64,000 nt of DNA from a virus. The stretch spans positions 4,240 through 68,239 of the IMG/VR virus record IMGVR_UViG_3300030116_003627; one strand, 5' to 3'. The notes beneath the pieces are model-generated. The model saw only the letters and a list, made by a program, of their open reading frames with translations, was not told the origin of the DNA and made no database searches. Shown here in pieces: positions 38,902 to 48,947 of this stretch (position 1 is the stretch's first letter; the number at the start of each line of letters is the position of its first letter). Position numbers and translations under genes: made by a program.

Positions 38902-39588
38902 CTACTTCCAATTATCTTTTACCCATTTCTGAGGTTTGTAAATACCAAATGGAGTTTTTACAGTATTGTTAATTGCTTGTACAATACTAGGTCTACCATG
39001 AAAGCATACAATAGAAAGTTTCTCTGTAAGGTTATCTGGATATACTTGGTACTTGTATGATTTTAGTTTACCGGGAAATCTTTTCTGGATAAAATCTCTA
39101 GACATGCTAGAAATAGCAGTATTGAGATATTCACCATCGCCTCTAAACTGTTGCATTACTTGTGGATTATTAGCAAATCTGCGCCAAACATCAGCATTAA
39201 AGTTATAGTCCCAAGCCATTACAGCAGATTGTAATCTATTTCTAAGGTATGGTTGATGTTCATTTACAGAACCAAGGTCTTCAATCCCCATGAAAATGCC
39301 GTCATACTTCAGCAACCAATCAATATTGCTTACGATAAGGGTATCAAGATCAAGATAAACAACTCTGCTTCCTAGTCTATGGTCTGTATTGAAAAGTTGT
39401 AGTTTATTCCACCAGCCATCATATCCGGGAATAAGTGAAACAGTTCTAATACCATCCATTTTTTTACGGTCAGTCAGGCACACAAACTGATGCTCTACAG
39501 TTGTGTTACGTTCTACCATAGACTTCAGATTATAAACGTAATCCTCAGAAAACTTGTCACCCCAAAATACACATGCTACAGTAACCAT
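38902..39588 (-). CDS. GT-A glycosyltransferase
   Basis: CV.WGDKF...YV..L..MV, F.CLTD, GWWNKL.LF, YLDLD, FHGRP. Confidence 0.8.
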   Translation of the reverse strand: MVTVACVFWGDKFSEDYVYNLKSMVERNTTVEHQFVCLTDRKKMDGIRTVSLIPGYDGWWNKLQLFNTDHRLGSRVVYLDLDTLIVSNIDWLLKYDGIFMGIEDLGSVNEHQPYLRNRLQSAVMAWDYNFNADVWRRFANNPQVMQQFRGDGEYLNTAISSMSRDFIQKRFPGKLKSYKYQVYPDNLTEKLSIVCFHGRPSIVQAINNTVKTPFGIYKPQKWVKDNWK

Positions 39589-39589
39589 T

Positions 39590-40444
39590 TTACATTCCTT
39601 TAGAAACTAAGTCCCATGCAAAACCTTCACGAATTTCTTTGACTGTGAATTCTGAATACAAATATCTCTTAAACCATTCTTCACGGTCAGGACGATCAGG
39701 ATTTTCAATGTTACTAAAATCTTTGATAGGATTTGCTACCGGATATGCAATGCTTCTAGGACCAGTATATGCAGGGACACCATCAAGTACTGCACGAATA
39801 CCGGGACTGCTAGACCAGTTCACTACTGCCCAAACATTATCAAAACTCAAATCAAATTCATCAAAGGAATTGACTTTCTCTGGCTGCTGAAGTTCATCAA
39901 CCAAACCATAAAATTTATGAATGCTGATAGGAGCTCTTGGGTGTGGTCGCAAAGCAATAGGTCTATCTGTATGCTCTCTAATTCTTTCTACAGCTCTCAT
40001 AATCCAGTCATCAGGTTTCATTAGACCAGACCATTGCAAACTCTTACCATGTTGACATGCAATAAGAATTTTGTCTCCGGTGTATGTCCAATCTTTTAAT
40101 TTGATATCAAACTTTTCTGCTCTGGACATGTCCATATCAATCTTATCCAGATAAGGATAATTCATTTTATTGACACCGTTAAGACCAATCTTCCATGTCT
40201 TACCACGTTTGATACTGCCAACCTCTAGGACTAGTACAGGTTTGTTTTGATCTTTAAAATGATCAAATACTTTTTTGTTAGGTTTCATACGTCCAGACCA
40301 AAGTACAGACCAGATAACAGCAACATCAGCTTCCATATCATTATGTACAACATCATGGCCAGCATTCTTCAGAGAAGTTTCAAATGCTTCAAAGATAGAT
40401 GGACTGTTTAGTGCACCATGTTCTGTAAATAAACTAAATCGCAT
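39590..40444 (-). CDS. Capsule-biosynthesis-like GT-B glycosyltransferase
   Basis: ILIACQ, RPI.LRPHP, VVNWSS...AVL.GVP, EF...EI..G.AW. Confidence 0.7.
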   Translation of the reverse strand: MRFSLFTEHGALNSPSIFEAFETSLKNAGHDVVHNDMEADVAVIWSVLWSGRMKPNKKVFDHFKDQNKPVLVLEVGSIKRGKTWKIGLNGVNKMNYPYLDKIDMDMSRAEKFDIKLKDWTYTGDKILIACQHGKSLQWSGLMKPDDWIMRAVERIREHTDRPIALRPHPRAPISIHKFYGLVDELQQPEKVNSFDEFDLSFDNVWAVVNWSSSPGIRAVLDGVPAYTGPRSIAYPVANPIKDFSNIENPDRPDREEWFKRYLYSEFTVKEIREGFAWDLVSKGM

Positions 40445-41117
40445 CTCTCATCCCCACTTGTGACATTTCAAAATAATCTCTCCACCAATCTTCAGCATAG
40501 TCTGTCTTTTTATATGATTCAAACCAAGGTCCACCTTCAGTGTAGTGCACATTGTTCACGTCTTCTTTATACTCATATTCGGAAGCAAGCCAGTTCCACT
40601 CTAGAGGAAGTCCACCAATCTTTGTCTCATTATCCAGCCATTTAAATTGGTGCAGTTCTAGACCAGAAGCAGAGTTAACATAGTCGGGTGTTAGTCTTGT
40701 ACATTCTGCACAGTTCATCAGCATAAAACTAGACCAGTTTTTCTTTGGGTAAACTGTCTGTGTCTGGTTCAAGAATTTTGTTTCTGACTTTGGCATATAG
40801 TCGTGTTGACAAACTTGCACTGCATACCGATCATCACGCATACGCCATAGTTCTGCGATATCTGATTTCATCAACATGTCACAGTCCATAAACAAAGCCC
40901 ACCCCTGATAGTTCATCAAGTGCGGTACAATGAACCGACTGAAAGAAAATTCTGTAGAAGAAATCTTATTGCGCTTACGAGAAAAATCATCCTTAATATT
41001 CTTCAGGTAAATAGGCGTGATTGCTACAGGTTGTGTACTATGTTTCAAGATAGAATATGACAGTGTACTAAATGCAGCTTTTTCTTTGCTGTCATATCCA
41101 ATGAATACATTAATCAT
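40434..41117 (-). CDS. GT-A glycosyltransferase
   Basis: VFIGYD, STEFSFSRF.VP, FMDCDML, KNWSS.ML.N, LP.EWN, HYTEGGPW. Confidence 0.85.
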   Translation of the reverse strand: MINVFIGYDSKEKAAFSTLSYSILKHSTQPVAITPIYLKNIKDDFSRKRNKISSTEFSFSRFIVPHLMNYQGWALFMDCDMLMKSDIAELWRMRDDRYAVQVCQHDYMPKSETKFLNQTQTVYPKKNWSSFMLMNCAECTRLTPDYVNSASGLELHQFKWLDNETKIGGLPLEWNWLASEYEYKEDVNNVHYTEGGPWFESYKKTDYAEDWWRDYFEMSQVGMRDAI

Positions 41118-42159
41118 TACCGAACCCTCTTTGCTCTCTCAATTTTCTCCATAAGTCGCCTTGCTCAACTTCTTCTAGACTCCAATGTGAATTTGCATAA
41201 TACCTCAAAAACTCATCTCTGTCAACATTTAAATTTGGATTTTCAATATCTTTTAGTTCACCAGCTGACCACGGTTTTATATATGCTGCGTCATGAGTAA
41301 CAAAAGTTGGAACACCTTTCATCATACTTACCGCACCAGCCGTGCTTGTTAGGATAACACTTGCCCATGCTGTTTTCAGATAAGCATTGGAATAGTCACC
41401 CAAAACTTTTGTGACACTGTGGTAGTATTCAACATCCTTAACACTATATTGTAAAAATCTCAAGACTTCATTTTTGTGTGTCTCATTCATAGCATGTCGG
41501 CCAGGATGGTCTTTAACCTTAATAGGTCTGTCAGTGTACTTTCTCAATTCAAGAACTGTTTCTTTCAACCAAGTATAAACATCAATACCCATGTGTGACC
41601 AACCACCAACACCACGATTAAGGAAAATCATGATGTGATCACCCTTAGTTTTCCAATCATGAACTTTTAAATTCAAATCAGATGTTATTTGTTCAACTCT
41701 TTTGTCTACATTATCATCAAATTCCAAAAAATCAGATTGATTAGCATGGATAGAGTTTAGAGGAAATCTATAATACCTAATCCGGCCAGACTTTTCAAAA
41801 TGCTTTAGAACATTGCCTTCAAAGAAAAACATGTTCTTTCTGGTTCCGCCTGCTTCTTCAAAAGAAGTCAGACACTTCTGCCTAAGATCAGAACGGTTTT
41901 TTGCACTTGTGTTAATGAAACCCTCTTCAACTTGAACAGCATCACGACCATGTAAAGGCCAACCCCACATAAGTCCAAACTCCCTGTCTTGATTTTTGAC
42001 AGGTTGAGTCATTCCATCATTAGCCCAAATGTATTCGTCTCCACAAGCAGAAACGCCTTTTACCCACCGGGCCATCATTTCTTTTTTTTCTTGGGATTGA
42101 GCAGTCTTCTGAAAAAACCAGAGTTTGAACTGATTATGTTTTCTTGCTGATCTTTTCAA
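41110..42159 (-). CDS. Capsule-biosynthesis-like GT-B glycosyltransferase (paralog of 39590-40444)
   Basis: W...GD.I.I, YTDRPI.V..HP, S.A...GVP, IENP, HWSLEEV..G. Confidence 0.65.
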   Translation of the reverse strand: MKRSARKHNQFKLWFFQKTAQSQEKKEMMARWVKGVSACGDEYIWANDGMTQPVKNQDREFGLMWGWPLHGRDAVQVEEGFINTSAKNRSDLRQKCLTSFEEAGGTRKNMFFFEGNVLKHFEKSGRIRYYRFPLNSIHANQSDFLEFDDNVDKRVEQITSDLNLKVHDWKTKGDHIMIFLNRGVGGWSHMGIDVYTWLKETVLELRKYTDRPIKVKDHPGRHAMNETHKNEVLRFLQYSVKDVEYYHSVTKVLGDYSNAYLKTAWASVILTSTAGAVSMMKGVPTFVTHDAAYIKPWSAGELKDIENPNLNVDRDEFLRYYANSHWSLEEVEQGDLWRKLREQRGFGND

Positions 42160-42775
42160 AGTTTTTTACCGTCATTAAGTTAAGCCATTCAACTCTGTTC
42201 ATATCTAGACCAAGATATGTAAGTTGACCTTCTGGAACAAATAGAGGTTCTTGCTTTCCCCGTTGAACAATACCAACACCACAATCTGTATTAATTGTAA
42301 GCATTTCTAGGTCTGGATTATTTCTAAGTTTGACAAAAGCTTTCCATACAGTTCCGTTCCAAGAACCTGTTCCATTATACTGTTCAGCTGGTCTTTGGTG
42401 CCACTCTGTGGGTGGATTGCAATCATGCATAACAATAGTCCCACCCTTTTTCAAGACTTTCAGACCGTTTTCAACATCTTTGTATACTTGCTCTGCGGTA
42501 TGAAGTCCATCAACAAAAATAATGTCATACTTATTTTTATTCTGTGCAAAAAATTCATCTGAAGTCATATGAAAGTTTTCAGATGCTTTTGGATATTCTT
42601 TAGGTGCTTCTAAAAAACTTGGATCAACTGCATGTTTAATTTTACAACTAATCCGATCAAAGCACTCTCTTGAACGTCTTACACCAATCTCTAGATATTT
42701 TTCATATTTATTTTCTCTGATTAGAAAATTGATAATATCAAAACGCTCTCGCATCCTACCACTCCAGCCACTCAT
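42134..42775 (-). CDS. Class I SAM-dependent methyltransferase (Methyltransf_24-like)
   Basis: YLEIGV, TSDEFF, DIIFVDGLH, GG.IV.HD, G.VWKA. Confidence 0.85.
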   Translation of the reverse strand: MSGWSGRMRERFDIINFLIRENKYEKYLEIGVRRSRECFDRISCKIKHAVDPSFLEAPKEYPKASENFHMTSDEFFAQNKNKYDIIFVDGLHTAEQVYKDVENGLKVLKKGGTIVMHDCNPPTEWHQRPAEQYNGTGSWNGTVWKAFVKLRNNPDLEMLTINTDCGVGIVQRGKQEPLFVPEGQLTYLGLDMNRVEWLNLMTVKNFEKISKKT

Positions 42776-43781
42776 TATTTTTCAAAGACCAGTCTACAGT
42801 TTCAACTAAACGTTCCCGAACAGGTTTAGGTGTCCAGCCCATTTCTGCCATCTTAGAACCGTCCAAAGCATAACGCAAATCATGTCCTGGCCGTGAGGAA
42901 TGGAAGTCTACCATTTCATAGTTCAGTTCCTTGCCTTGAATGTCTGCAATCATTTTTGCCAGTTGAAGATTATCAAGTTCTTCACCACCAACAATATTAA
43001 ATTTGTGACACTTAGCACCACCATAGTCTGCTTCAAGCTGAGACATATCATAGTTCATGAGGAAGTAGAGTGCATCTGCCACATCATAGGCGTGAATATA
43101 GTGACGTGATCCCGCTTTCTCTTTTAATGGATCACTATGCACAGTGACCTTCTCACCATCCCGTGCACGTTTGATACACATAGGAATATACTTCTCAGGA
43201 TGCTGGCGTTCACCGAATACGTTCATTGTATGAGTAATAATAGCAGGAAGGTTGTAAGTGTTTTCATATGCTACTACCAACTCTTCTGCACCAGCCTTAG
43301 ATGCACTATAGGGGTTAGTAGAGTTGTATCTGTCATTCTCTTTATAGTGAACACCTTCTGGTGCAGGACCAAAGACTTCATCTGTAGAGAAGTAAATGAA
43401 CTTTTCTAGACCTTTTACCTTACGAGCATATTCCAGAATGTTTACTGTGCCTACAACATTGTCCAAAACAAATTCCATAGGGTAGTCAATACTACGGTCC
43501 ACATGACTGCCAGCTGCTAAGTGTGCAATATAGTCTACATGTCCAATTGTATTAATAATTTGTGGATTGAGTTCTGCTTTCAAATCATGAAAGACTGTGC
43601 GCACACGGTTCTGTGTTGCTTTTTCATGCCGACGAACAACATCATGCAGTCTGTTCAGATTACCACTGTAGTCAAGTCTGTCTAGAGTTACAATATTCCA
43701 GTCAGTCTTAGCCAGAAGATAATCAACTACATGGTGCGCAATAAAACCGGCGCCACCTGTAATCAGAATAGTTTTAGTCAT
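42756..43781 (-). CDS. rmlB: dTDP-glucose 4,6-dehydratase
   Basis: TGGAGFI, HLAAGSHVDRSI, STDEVFG, YSASK, EKYIP, RPGHDLRYALD. Confidence 0.92.
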   Translation of the reverse strand: MTKTILITGGAGFIAHHVVDYLLAKTDWNIVTLDRLDYSGNLNRLHDVVRRHEKATQNRVRTVFHDLKAELNPQIINTIGHVDYIAHLAAGSHVDRSIDYPMEFVLDNVVGTVNILEYARKVKGLEKFIYFSTDEVFGPAPEGVHYKENDRYNSTNPYSASKAGAEELVVAYENTYNLPAIITHTMNVFGERQHPEKYIPMCIKRARDGEKVTVHSDPLKEKAGSRHYIHAYDVADALYFLMNYDMSQLEADYGGAKCHKFNIVGGEELDNLQLAKMIADIQGKELNYEMVDFHSSRPGHDLRYALDGSKMAEMGWTPKPVRERLVETVDWSLKNNEWLEW

Positions 43782-44724
43782 TAGATAGTTCCTTTACCAC
43801 TTCAATCCATTGTTTAGCAATATTAATATCAGATAAGTTCTGTTGTATATATTCCTGTCCTAAACGTATTCTTTCCAGTGTCTGCGCAGGATTTTTCAGA
43901 CACTCAATCATATTATCTACAAAGTTATCATTTACATAAGCATAGTCAGAGAACTTAAGATAACTGTCTTGTGGAGATGCAAGTACCATAGTTCCGCATG
44001 CTAATCCATCTACAAGTTTGTTATGACTCTTACCAAGAGTAAAAGGATGCTCTGGATCAATTGGTAAGATGATAAAATCAGACTTGGTTGTAATGATCTT
44101 TTGGATTTTTTCTGTCCACTTTACATTTCTGTATTCACCATTCAAAGACCCAACGCCAGCTGGCATAGTTCCGTTACGATTAATTACCGTAAATTTAATA
44201 GGTGGTAATTCATTTTGCCGTTCTGCTAACGGGCCAAATACTAATTTTTTCCAGTCAGCATATTGTAGGTTACCATCATTGCCATACCAAGTTACTTTTA
44301 AAATGTCTTTTGGACTAAAACTAGGTTCATTAAAGTCATAGAATACAGGATCATCAATGATAAAGATTTTCTTTTCAATCTTTAACTTTTTACATTCTTC
44401 TTCAATGACCTTCTTGAGTCTATCTGTAGTTGTCGTTACAGCATCACATTTCTTCAAAAGTTCTATTGCTTGACTGCGGCGGCGATCAGAAAAATAATTG
44501 TCACAAACATCCCATACAATCTTTTTGCACTTTGTGTTCAGCAGATTGGTGGAAGTTTTCATTATCACGCCAATACTATCAGAATTAGTGGGTTTGTTAA
44601 ACCCACCATCAAATCCAAGTTTCTCCATACCTCTTGATGGAGTAACCATTCTAATTCTTGCTGATGCTGATACCCTGCCTTTTAAATCAACAGGATTTAA
44701 AAACCTAAGATTCTCTTTTGTCAT
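43774..44724 (-). CDS. GT-B glycosyltransferase-like protein
   Basis: ASARIR, WDVCD, WYG...N, KS.NKL...LA.G..V.ASP..SY. Confidence 0.7.
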   Translation of the reverse strand: MTKENLRFLNPVDLKGRVSASARIRMVTPSRGMEKLGFDGGFNKPTNSDSIGVIMKTSTNLLNTKCKKIVWDVCDNYFSDRRRSQAIELLKKCDAVTTTTDRLKKVIEEECKKLKIEKKIFIIDDPVFYDFNEPSFSPKDILKVTWYGNDGNLQYADWKKLVFGPLAERQNELPPIKFTVINRNGTMPAGVGSLNGEYRNVKWTEKIQKIITTKSDFIILPIDPEHPFTLGKSHNKLVDGLACGTMVLASPQDSYLKFSDYAYVNDNFVDNMIECLKNPAQTLERIRLGQEYIQQNLSDINIAKQWIEVVKELSND

Positions 44725-45310
44725 CTAAAACAATATTTCCTGCAATTGTATATCTTTTCTTTTCTGACCACTGCGGCTGTACTTCGTGCATCAAATGCCA
44801 AGGAAAGATAATGATTTGACCTTCTTTTAAATCATCTGTATACATTTCTTTTTTAAGAAAACTTCTATCAAACATTGTATTATGAAATACAGTTGTGTTT
44901 GGTTCCTCTAAATGCAATAGATAAATTAAACACAAGTCAGAGTCTGGATGATTATGGGGGTCATGGTGTCCCATTTTATTATATCGGTTATACCAATAAT
45001 CAATAAACTTTACGGGGTATGAATTAAAATTTAATTCTTCAATGACTTCACTAACAACAGGTCTGACAACTTCATCTGTAAAATCATCATAATTTATAGA
45101 ACTTGATTCGTTAAAGTATGATGTAGAACTATTTCGTTGCTGCTCCCAACCCATAACTGATCCATGTTCACTAGTTTTCATAGCAATTTTATCTTGGTGT
45201 GAAAGTTCTTTATCAATAGCCGAAACAAAATACTGTTTCCACTTATCATGGTCAGGAACATCTTTAACAGCTATAAAATGAGTATGAAACTCTCTAATAT
45301 CTAAAGTCAT
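44705..45310 (-). CDS. 2OG-Fe(II) oxygenase-like protein
   Basis: W.N.Y....H..H.H, EG..IIFP..L.H.V, R..IAGN. Confidence 0.8.
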   Translation of the reverse strand: MTLDIREFHTHFIAVKDVPDHDKWKQYFVSAIDKELSHQDKIAMKTSEHGSVMGWEQQRNSSTSYFNESSSINYDDFTDEVVRPVVSEVIEELNFNSYPVKFIDYWYNRYNKMGHHDPHNHPDSDLCLIYLLHLEEPNTTVFHNTMFDRSFLKKEMYTDDLKEGQIIIFPWHLMHEVQPQWSEKKRYTIAGNIVLDDKRES

Positions 45311-46244
45311 TCAAGTCAAACCTTGTACCATGCATTTTATACAAATCCCGAGTATGATTAGTATATACTAAAACTTCAGGATCGTCAATCAAAAAGTCAC
45401 AACCCTTACAAAAGTCAGGATAGTTTCCTGTAAGATGTTGCTGTCTTAGTTCTGTATACTTATCACCTGTCCAAATGTCTTCAATGCTTTCTTCTGAGAC
45501 ATGACCAAGGATTGCTTCATCATCTCTACCTAAGACTTGGCAGCAAGGGTGCACTGCTCCCCATTTACCTTCCTCACCCCCAGCACGAATAACAAGGTCA
45601 GGAGAGAAAGGTCTACCACAAGTCTTAACTTCACCAGTGCGTTCTTCAGGTGGTCTATAAACACCAGACCAGTTGTGCATCTTCCAAATCTCTGTTTGTA
45701 CTCTAGCACTATCTACAATCTTACGATACTGCTCTACTTCATAGTCAACATTATCATTATCCATAATAAGATGATAAGTTGATACGTCACAAGAAGAACC
45801 AGACTGTTCTACATATTTCTGCATCTCATGCAGATTATCAATTACAATATCAAAGTAATCTGAATTCATCCATGCTTTATAGGTTTCTTTGTTGTATCCA
45901 ATGATAGAGAAACGAAAGAAGTCTGCGCCAGCATCTACAACTCGTTTCATAAAGTTACCACGCATTTTATATCCGTTGGAGAACATAAATGCTTTGGCGC
46001 CATATTTTTTTACAATCTTTACATATTCAGGTAAGTCAGGATTGAGGGTAGGTTCACCAGAACCTTCAAGGTTAACTACATTTAACCCCTTATCAGATAA
46101 CTCTTCAATGATTGCTTCAAAGTTTTTGAGACTAAGTTTTTTTAACCAGTTTTTTCCCCGGCCGCCGGGGGCGGATTGTGGACACATCTGACAACTGTAG
46201 TTGCATCCACCATTAATCTCAATTACCGCTCTGTCTATATTCAT
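45294..46244 (-). CDS. Radical SAM / SPASM protein
   Basis: CNYSCQMC, GEPTL, C.RP...PCC...G...W...C..C. Confidence 0.9.
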   Translation of the reverse strand: MNIDRAVIEINGGCNYSCQMCPQSAPGGRGKNWLKKLSLKNFEAIIEELSDKGLNVVNLEGSGEPTLNPDLPEYVKIVKKYGAKAFMFSNGYKMRGNFMKRVVDAGADFFRFSIIGYNKETYKAWMNSDYFDIVIDNLHEMQKYVEQSGSSCDVSTYHLIMDNDNVDYEVEQYRKIVDSARVQTEIWKMHNWSGVYRPPEERTGEVKTCGRPFSPDLVIRAGGEEGKWGAVHPCCQVLGRDDEAILGHVSEESIEDIWTGDKYTELRQQHLTGNYPDFCKGCDFLIDDPEVLVYTNHTRDLYKMHGTRFDLNDFRY

Positions 46245-46431
46245 TGATTACCTTTTGGCACACTTCAAGTGCATCATCAAATCCTTTACGAAAACGATTT
46301 GCGGTATATCCTTTTTTAACAAACCATTCCATACTTTGAATTGTACCATGATATTTATCTTCTGGTAGAACGAAACCGGAGACGAGTCGTTCATACTCGC
46401 TCCGACAATTTAGATAGTCAATAAATTTCAT
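46219..46431 (-). CDS. Hypothetical protein
   Basis: Short coupled ORF. Confidence 0.55.
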   Translation of the reverse strand: MKFIDYLNCRSEYERLVSGFVLPEDKYHGTIQSMEWFVKKGYTANRFRKGFDDALEVCQKVINEYRQSGN

Positions 46432-46432
46432 A

Positions 46433-47212
46433 TTAATAGTATTTCCTAAAAAATCTTTCCAGATGAATTTTTTTGATATTCAATCTGTCTTTCATAGAAC
46501 GTAGGTGTGCAAAGTTTTGATCTTTGAGTTTAATCGGTGTTGAGATTTTATCAAGTCCTGTTATAGCATTCCAGTTATCATCAATTATTTCAATATACTC
46601 TTTGGCCCATCGGTCTATGACATAATCAACCATCGGTTCATTACCAGCAAAGTGTAAATTGAAAGGGTGTTTAGGTTTCTCTGACATATATTTAAACTTT
46701 GTAGCTTTGATAATTTCTATGTCATCATTTTCACCTTTATGATACAACCGCATGTTGCTTAGAATATTCATCATAGCATCTTTGGTCTTTTCTCTAACTT
46801 CTTTAGTCAAAACATACACACCTGAAGTACCACCTTCAGTAGTCTTATAGGTATTGGTATCTGTGAAAATATCCCCGGCCCAAGGCAAAGCTAGAATGTC
46901 AGTATCTGCATAAAGAACCTGATCATAATTATTCCAAATATCATCATTAAACCATGTATTAATTTGCTCCCATGTTGGATGAAAGAAATTAATCTCAGGA
47001 TCACAAAACCTTTTATAATCATGCCCATACTTTTGAGCATAAAGTTCAAATGATTTTTTAGAATAGTCTGCAATAAATTCTTGGTGATAGTCACCATTAT
47101 ATTTTGCTATACTGTGACAAAGAGTGCCGTTCCCTTCAAGTTTTACACTCTCATCATAAGTGTGTTGATACTCAGAGAACGGCACCCAATATTGAACAAT
47201 GAGTTTTTTCAT
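46433..47212 (-). CDS. GT-A glycosyltransferase-like protein
   Basis: S...YA.KYG.DY, YDQVLYADTD, DIF, SGV, WN, FAH. Confidence 0.65.
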   Translation of the reverse strand: MKKLIVQYWVPFSEYQHTYDESVKLEGNGTLCHSIAKYNGDYHQEFIADYSKKSFELYAQKYGHDYKRFCDPEINFFHPTWEQINTWFNDDIWNNYDQVLYADTDILALPWAGDIFTDTNTYKTTEGGTSGVYVLTKEVREKTKDAMMNILSNMRLYHKGENDDIEIIKATKFKYMSEKPKHPFNLHFAGNEPMVDYVIDRWAKEYIEIIDDNWNAITGLDKISTPIKLKDQNFAHLRSMKDRLNIKKIHLERFFRKYY

Positions 47213-47218
47213 GATATT

Positions 47219-47362
47219 TTAAATCATCCGTAGATCATAATAGTCAATATCAGAGTCATGAATCATTTCAACAAACTCTTTTGCTTCTTCCATAGTGGTT
47301 TCGTAACCAGCAGCAGAATCTACATATTCTTTCAGAAGTTCATTCTGCTCAACATCCCACAT
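47219..47362 (-). CDS. Small acidic hypothetical protein (47 aa)
   Basis: MWDVEQNELLKEYVDSAAGY...; fills the gap between two genes. Confidence 0.45.
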   Translation of the reverse strand: MWDVEQNELLKEYVDSAAGYETTMEEAKEFVEMIHDSDIDYYDLRMI

Positions 47363-47975
47363 CTTTTGATTCTTCGTCATCATCATCTAAATCTAGCTCC
47401 AGCTGCTCAACATTTTTCTTCATAGCTTTTAGACGAAGAATAACTTCTTCACCATCAAGCCACAAGTCTTTACCTTCAAGAACATCCTTGATTTCAGTAT
47501 CACTTAGAAAACCACTATACACTTTTTTCATCATCTTGTCAATAAGTTTTTTCTCAAAAGATACTTGAGCAAACATCTCTGCACCTTTACCTACAGCAAT
47601 ACCAGAATAGTTATGGAACATAAAGGCAGAGTGGTCAGAGATTTCAAATGACTGTGCTTGTAAGAATACCATAGTTGCGGCAGACATACACGCACCCTCT
47701 ACCGATGCAGTAATGATAGCATCTGACTCTTGAATACATCGCATCAACTGAATAGCAGTAAACAAGTCACCACCATAAGAGTTGATATGGATGGTGATAA
47801 TATCTGACTTACCACCACTACGGATAAGTTCAAACCAGTCAGTGTATTGTTCAGCAGACTTAATCTCACCAGTTAGATACAAGTCATGTTTTGTTACAAC
47901 AGACTTACTAGGGAACATATTTTTATTTTTTTGTCCCATACCCAACAATTCATCAAGTCCTAGAGGGTCCATCAT
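47349..47975 (-). CDS. ClpP-like serine protease
   Basis: HINSYGG, nucleophile in CMSAAT, FMFH, DLW....E. Confidence 0.85.
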   Translation of the reverse strand: MMDPLGLDELLGMGQKNKNMFPSKSVVTKHDLYLTGEIKSAEQYTDWFELIRSGGKSDIITIHINSYGGDLFTAIQLMRCIQESDAIITASVEGACMSAATMVFLQAQSFEISDHSAFMFHNYSGIAVGKGAEMFAQVSFEKKLIDKMMKKVYSGFLSDTEIKDVLEGKDLWLDGEEVILRLKAMKKNVEQLELDLDDDDEESKDVGC

Positions 47976-48328
47976 AGTTCAACTTCCTTATATCCAAGAT
48001 CAGCACGGCGTTTAGACTCTGCTGTATCTGTTTTATTGCGAGAAGATATGTGTTTACGGTTACAGTCTTTGCAGACATGGTAGTAAGCATAATACTTATT
48101 ACCTTTACCTGTCTTCTCAACAAATCGTTCAACAGTATCAAATTTATCTATACAACTGTTTAGAGTGCAGTATCCACCATCAGGATTATAAAACCGAATG
48201 TCACCTTTTACCGGAGTGAGTTTTTGAGGAACCAACTCTTTACCAGTCTTGGTTTCACCCATTAAGGGTGGATTGTTCTGCTTCATATTGTTCAATCGTT
48301 TCACGAAGTTTCTCCGTCCAATCGTCAC
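47972..48328 (-). CDS. Hypothetical protein with Cys motifs
   Basis: C....C and CKDC. Confidence 0.5.
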   Translation of the reverse strand: MTIGRRNFVKRLNNMKQNNPPLMGETKTGKELVPQKLTPVKGDIRFYNPDGGYCTLNSCIDKFDTVERFVEKTGKGNKYYAYYHVCKDCNRKHISSRNKTDTAESKRRADLGYKEVEL

Positions 48329-48947
48329 GTTGTTCTACAAATACAAGTGGGTGGTCATCATCAACAGACATGATAGTAACCAGTTGTGTAATAGGCATCT
48401 TGGTACGTTCTTCCCACATGATAGCATAGGCTGCTTCCTGCATGAAATAGTTATAACACCGACTACGAGTTTTACGTTTCTTAGAAGTCTTGAAGTCAAT
48501 AATAGACAACTTACCATCAAACTCTGCTACACAGTCTACACGTCCAGCAACCTTCAAGTGATGTGAATAGAGAGGTTGCTCTTGTGCATAAACCTTACCG
48601 ATACGTTTATCAATAATGTCTTTAATCTGATGAAAGTTTTCTAGGACATGAGGAAAGTATCCAGCATCATAGTCAGGCTTGTTATCAATATAGTCTTCTA
48701 CAATCTGATGCACAGCAGAACCACGGGTAGTGGCCTGCCGTGATACACGGTCTGCTTCTTCGTCTCCTACACGTTTACGCCATGCAGCAATAGCAGCACG
48801 GGAGAGAATAGACAGAACAGTTGTGATAGAAGGATATTTTTTGTTATCCTCCGTTACATACTTTCGTCCGTTTTCAGTATCTTCCGATAGAAGATCATCA
48901 TAATCAAAGTGAACTTTTACATGTTCAAATGTCCGTCTGGTATCCAT
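48255..48947 (-). CDS. PD-(D/E)XK exonuclease (T4-like exonuclease A)
   Basis: R.Y......YPSITTVL, W...VG, RG...H, AGRVDC, IIDFKTS, Q..AYA. Confidence 0.9.
   Translation of the reverse strand: MDTRRTFEHVKVHFDYDDLLSEDTENGRKYVTEDNKKYPSITTVLSILSRAAIAAWRKRVGDEEADRVSRQATTRGSAVHQIVEDYIDNKPDYDAGYFPHVLENFHQIKDIIDKRIGKVYAQEQPLYSHHLKVAGRVDCVAEFDGKLSIIDFKTSKKRKTRSRCYNYFMQEAAYAIMWEERTKMPITQLVTIMSVDDDHPLVFVEQRDDWTEKLRETIEQYEAEQSTLNG

Noticed and set aside
48255-48947. Cas4-like nuclease suggesting a CRISPR system
   Set aside because: No repeat-spacer array or other cas genes were seen; it matches the ordinary T4-like exonuclease.
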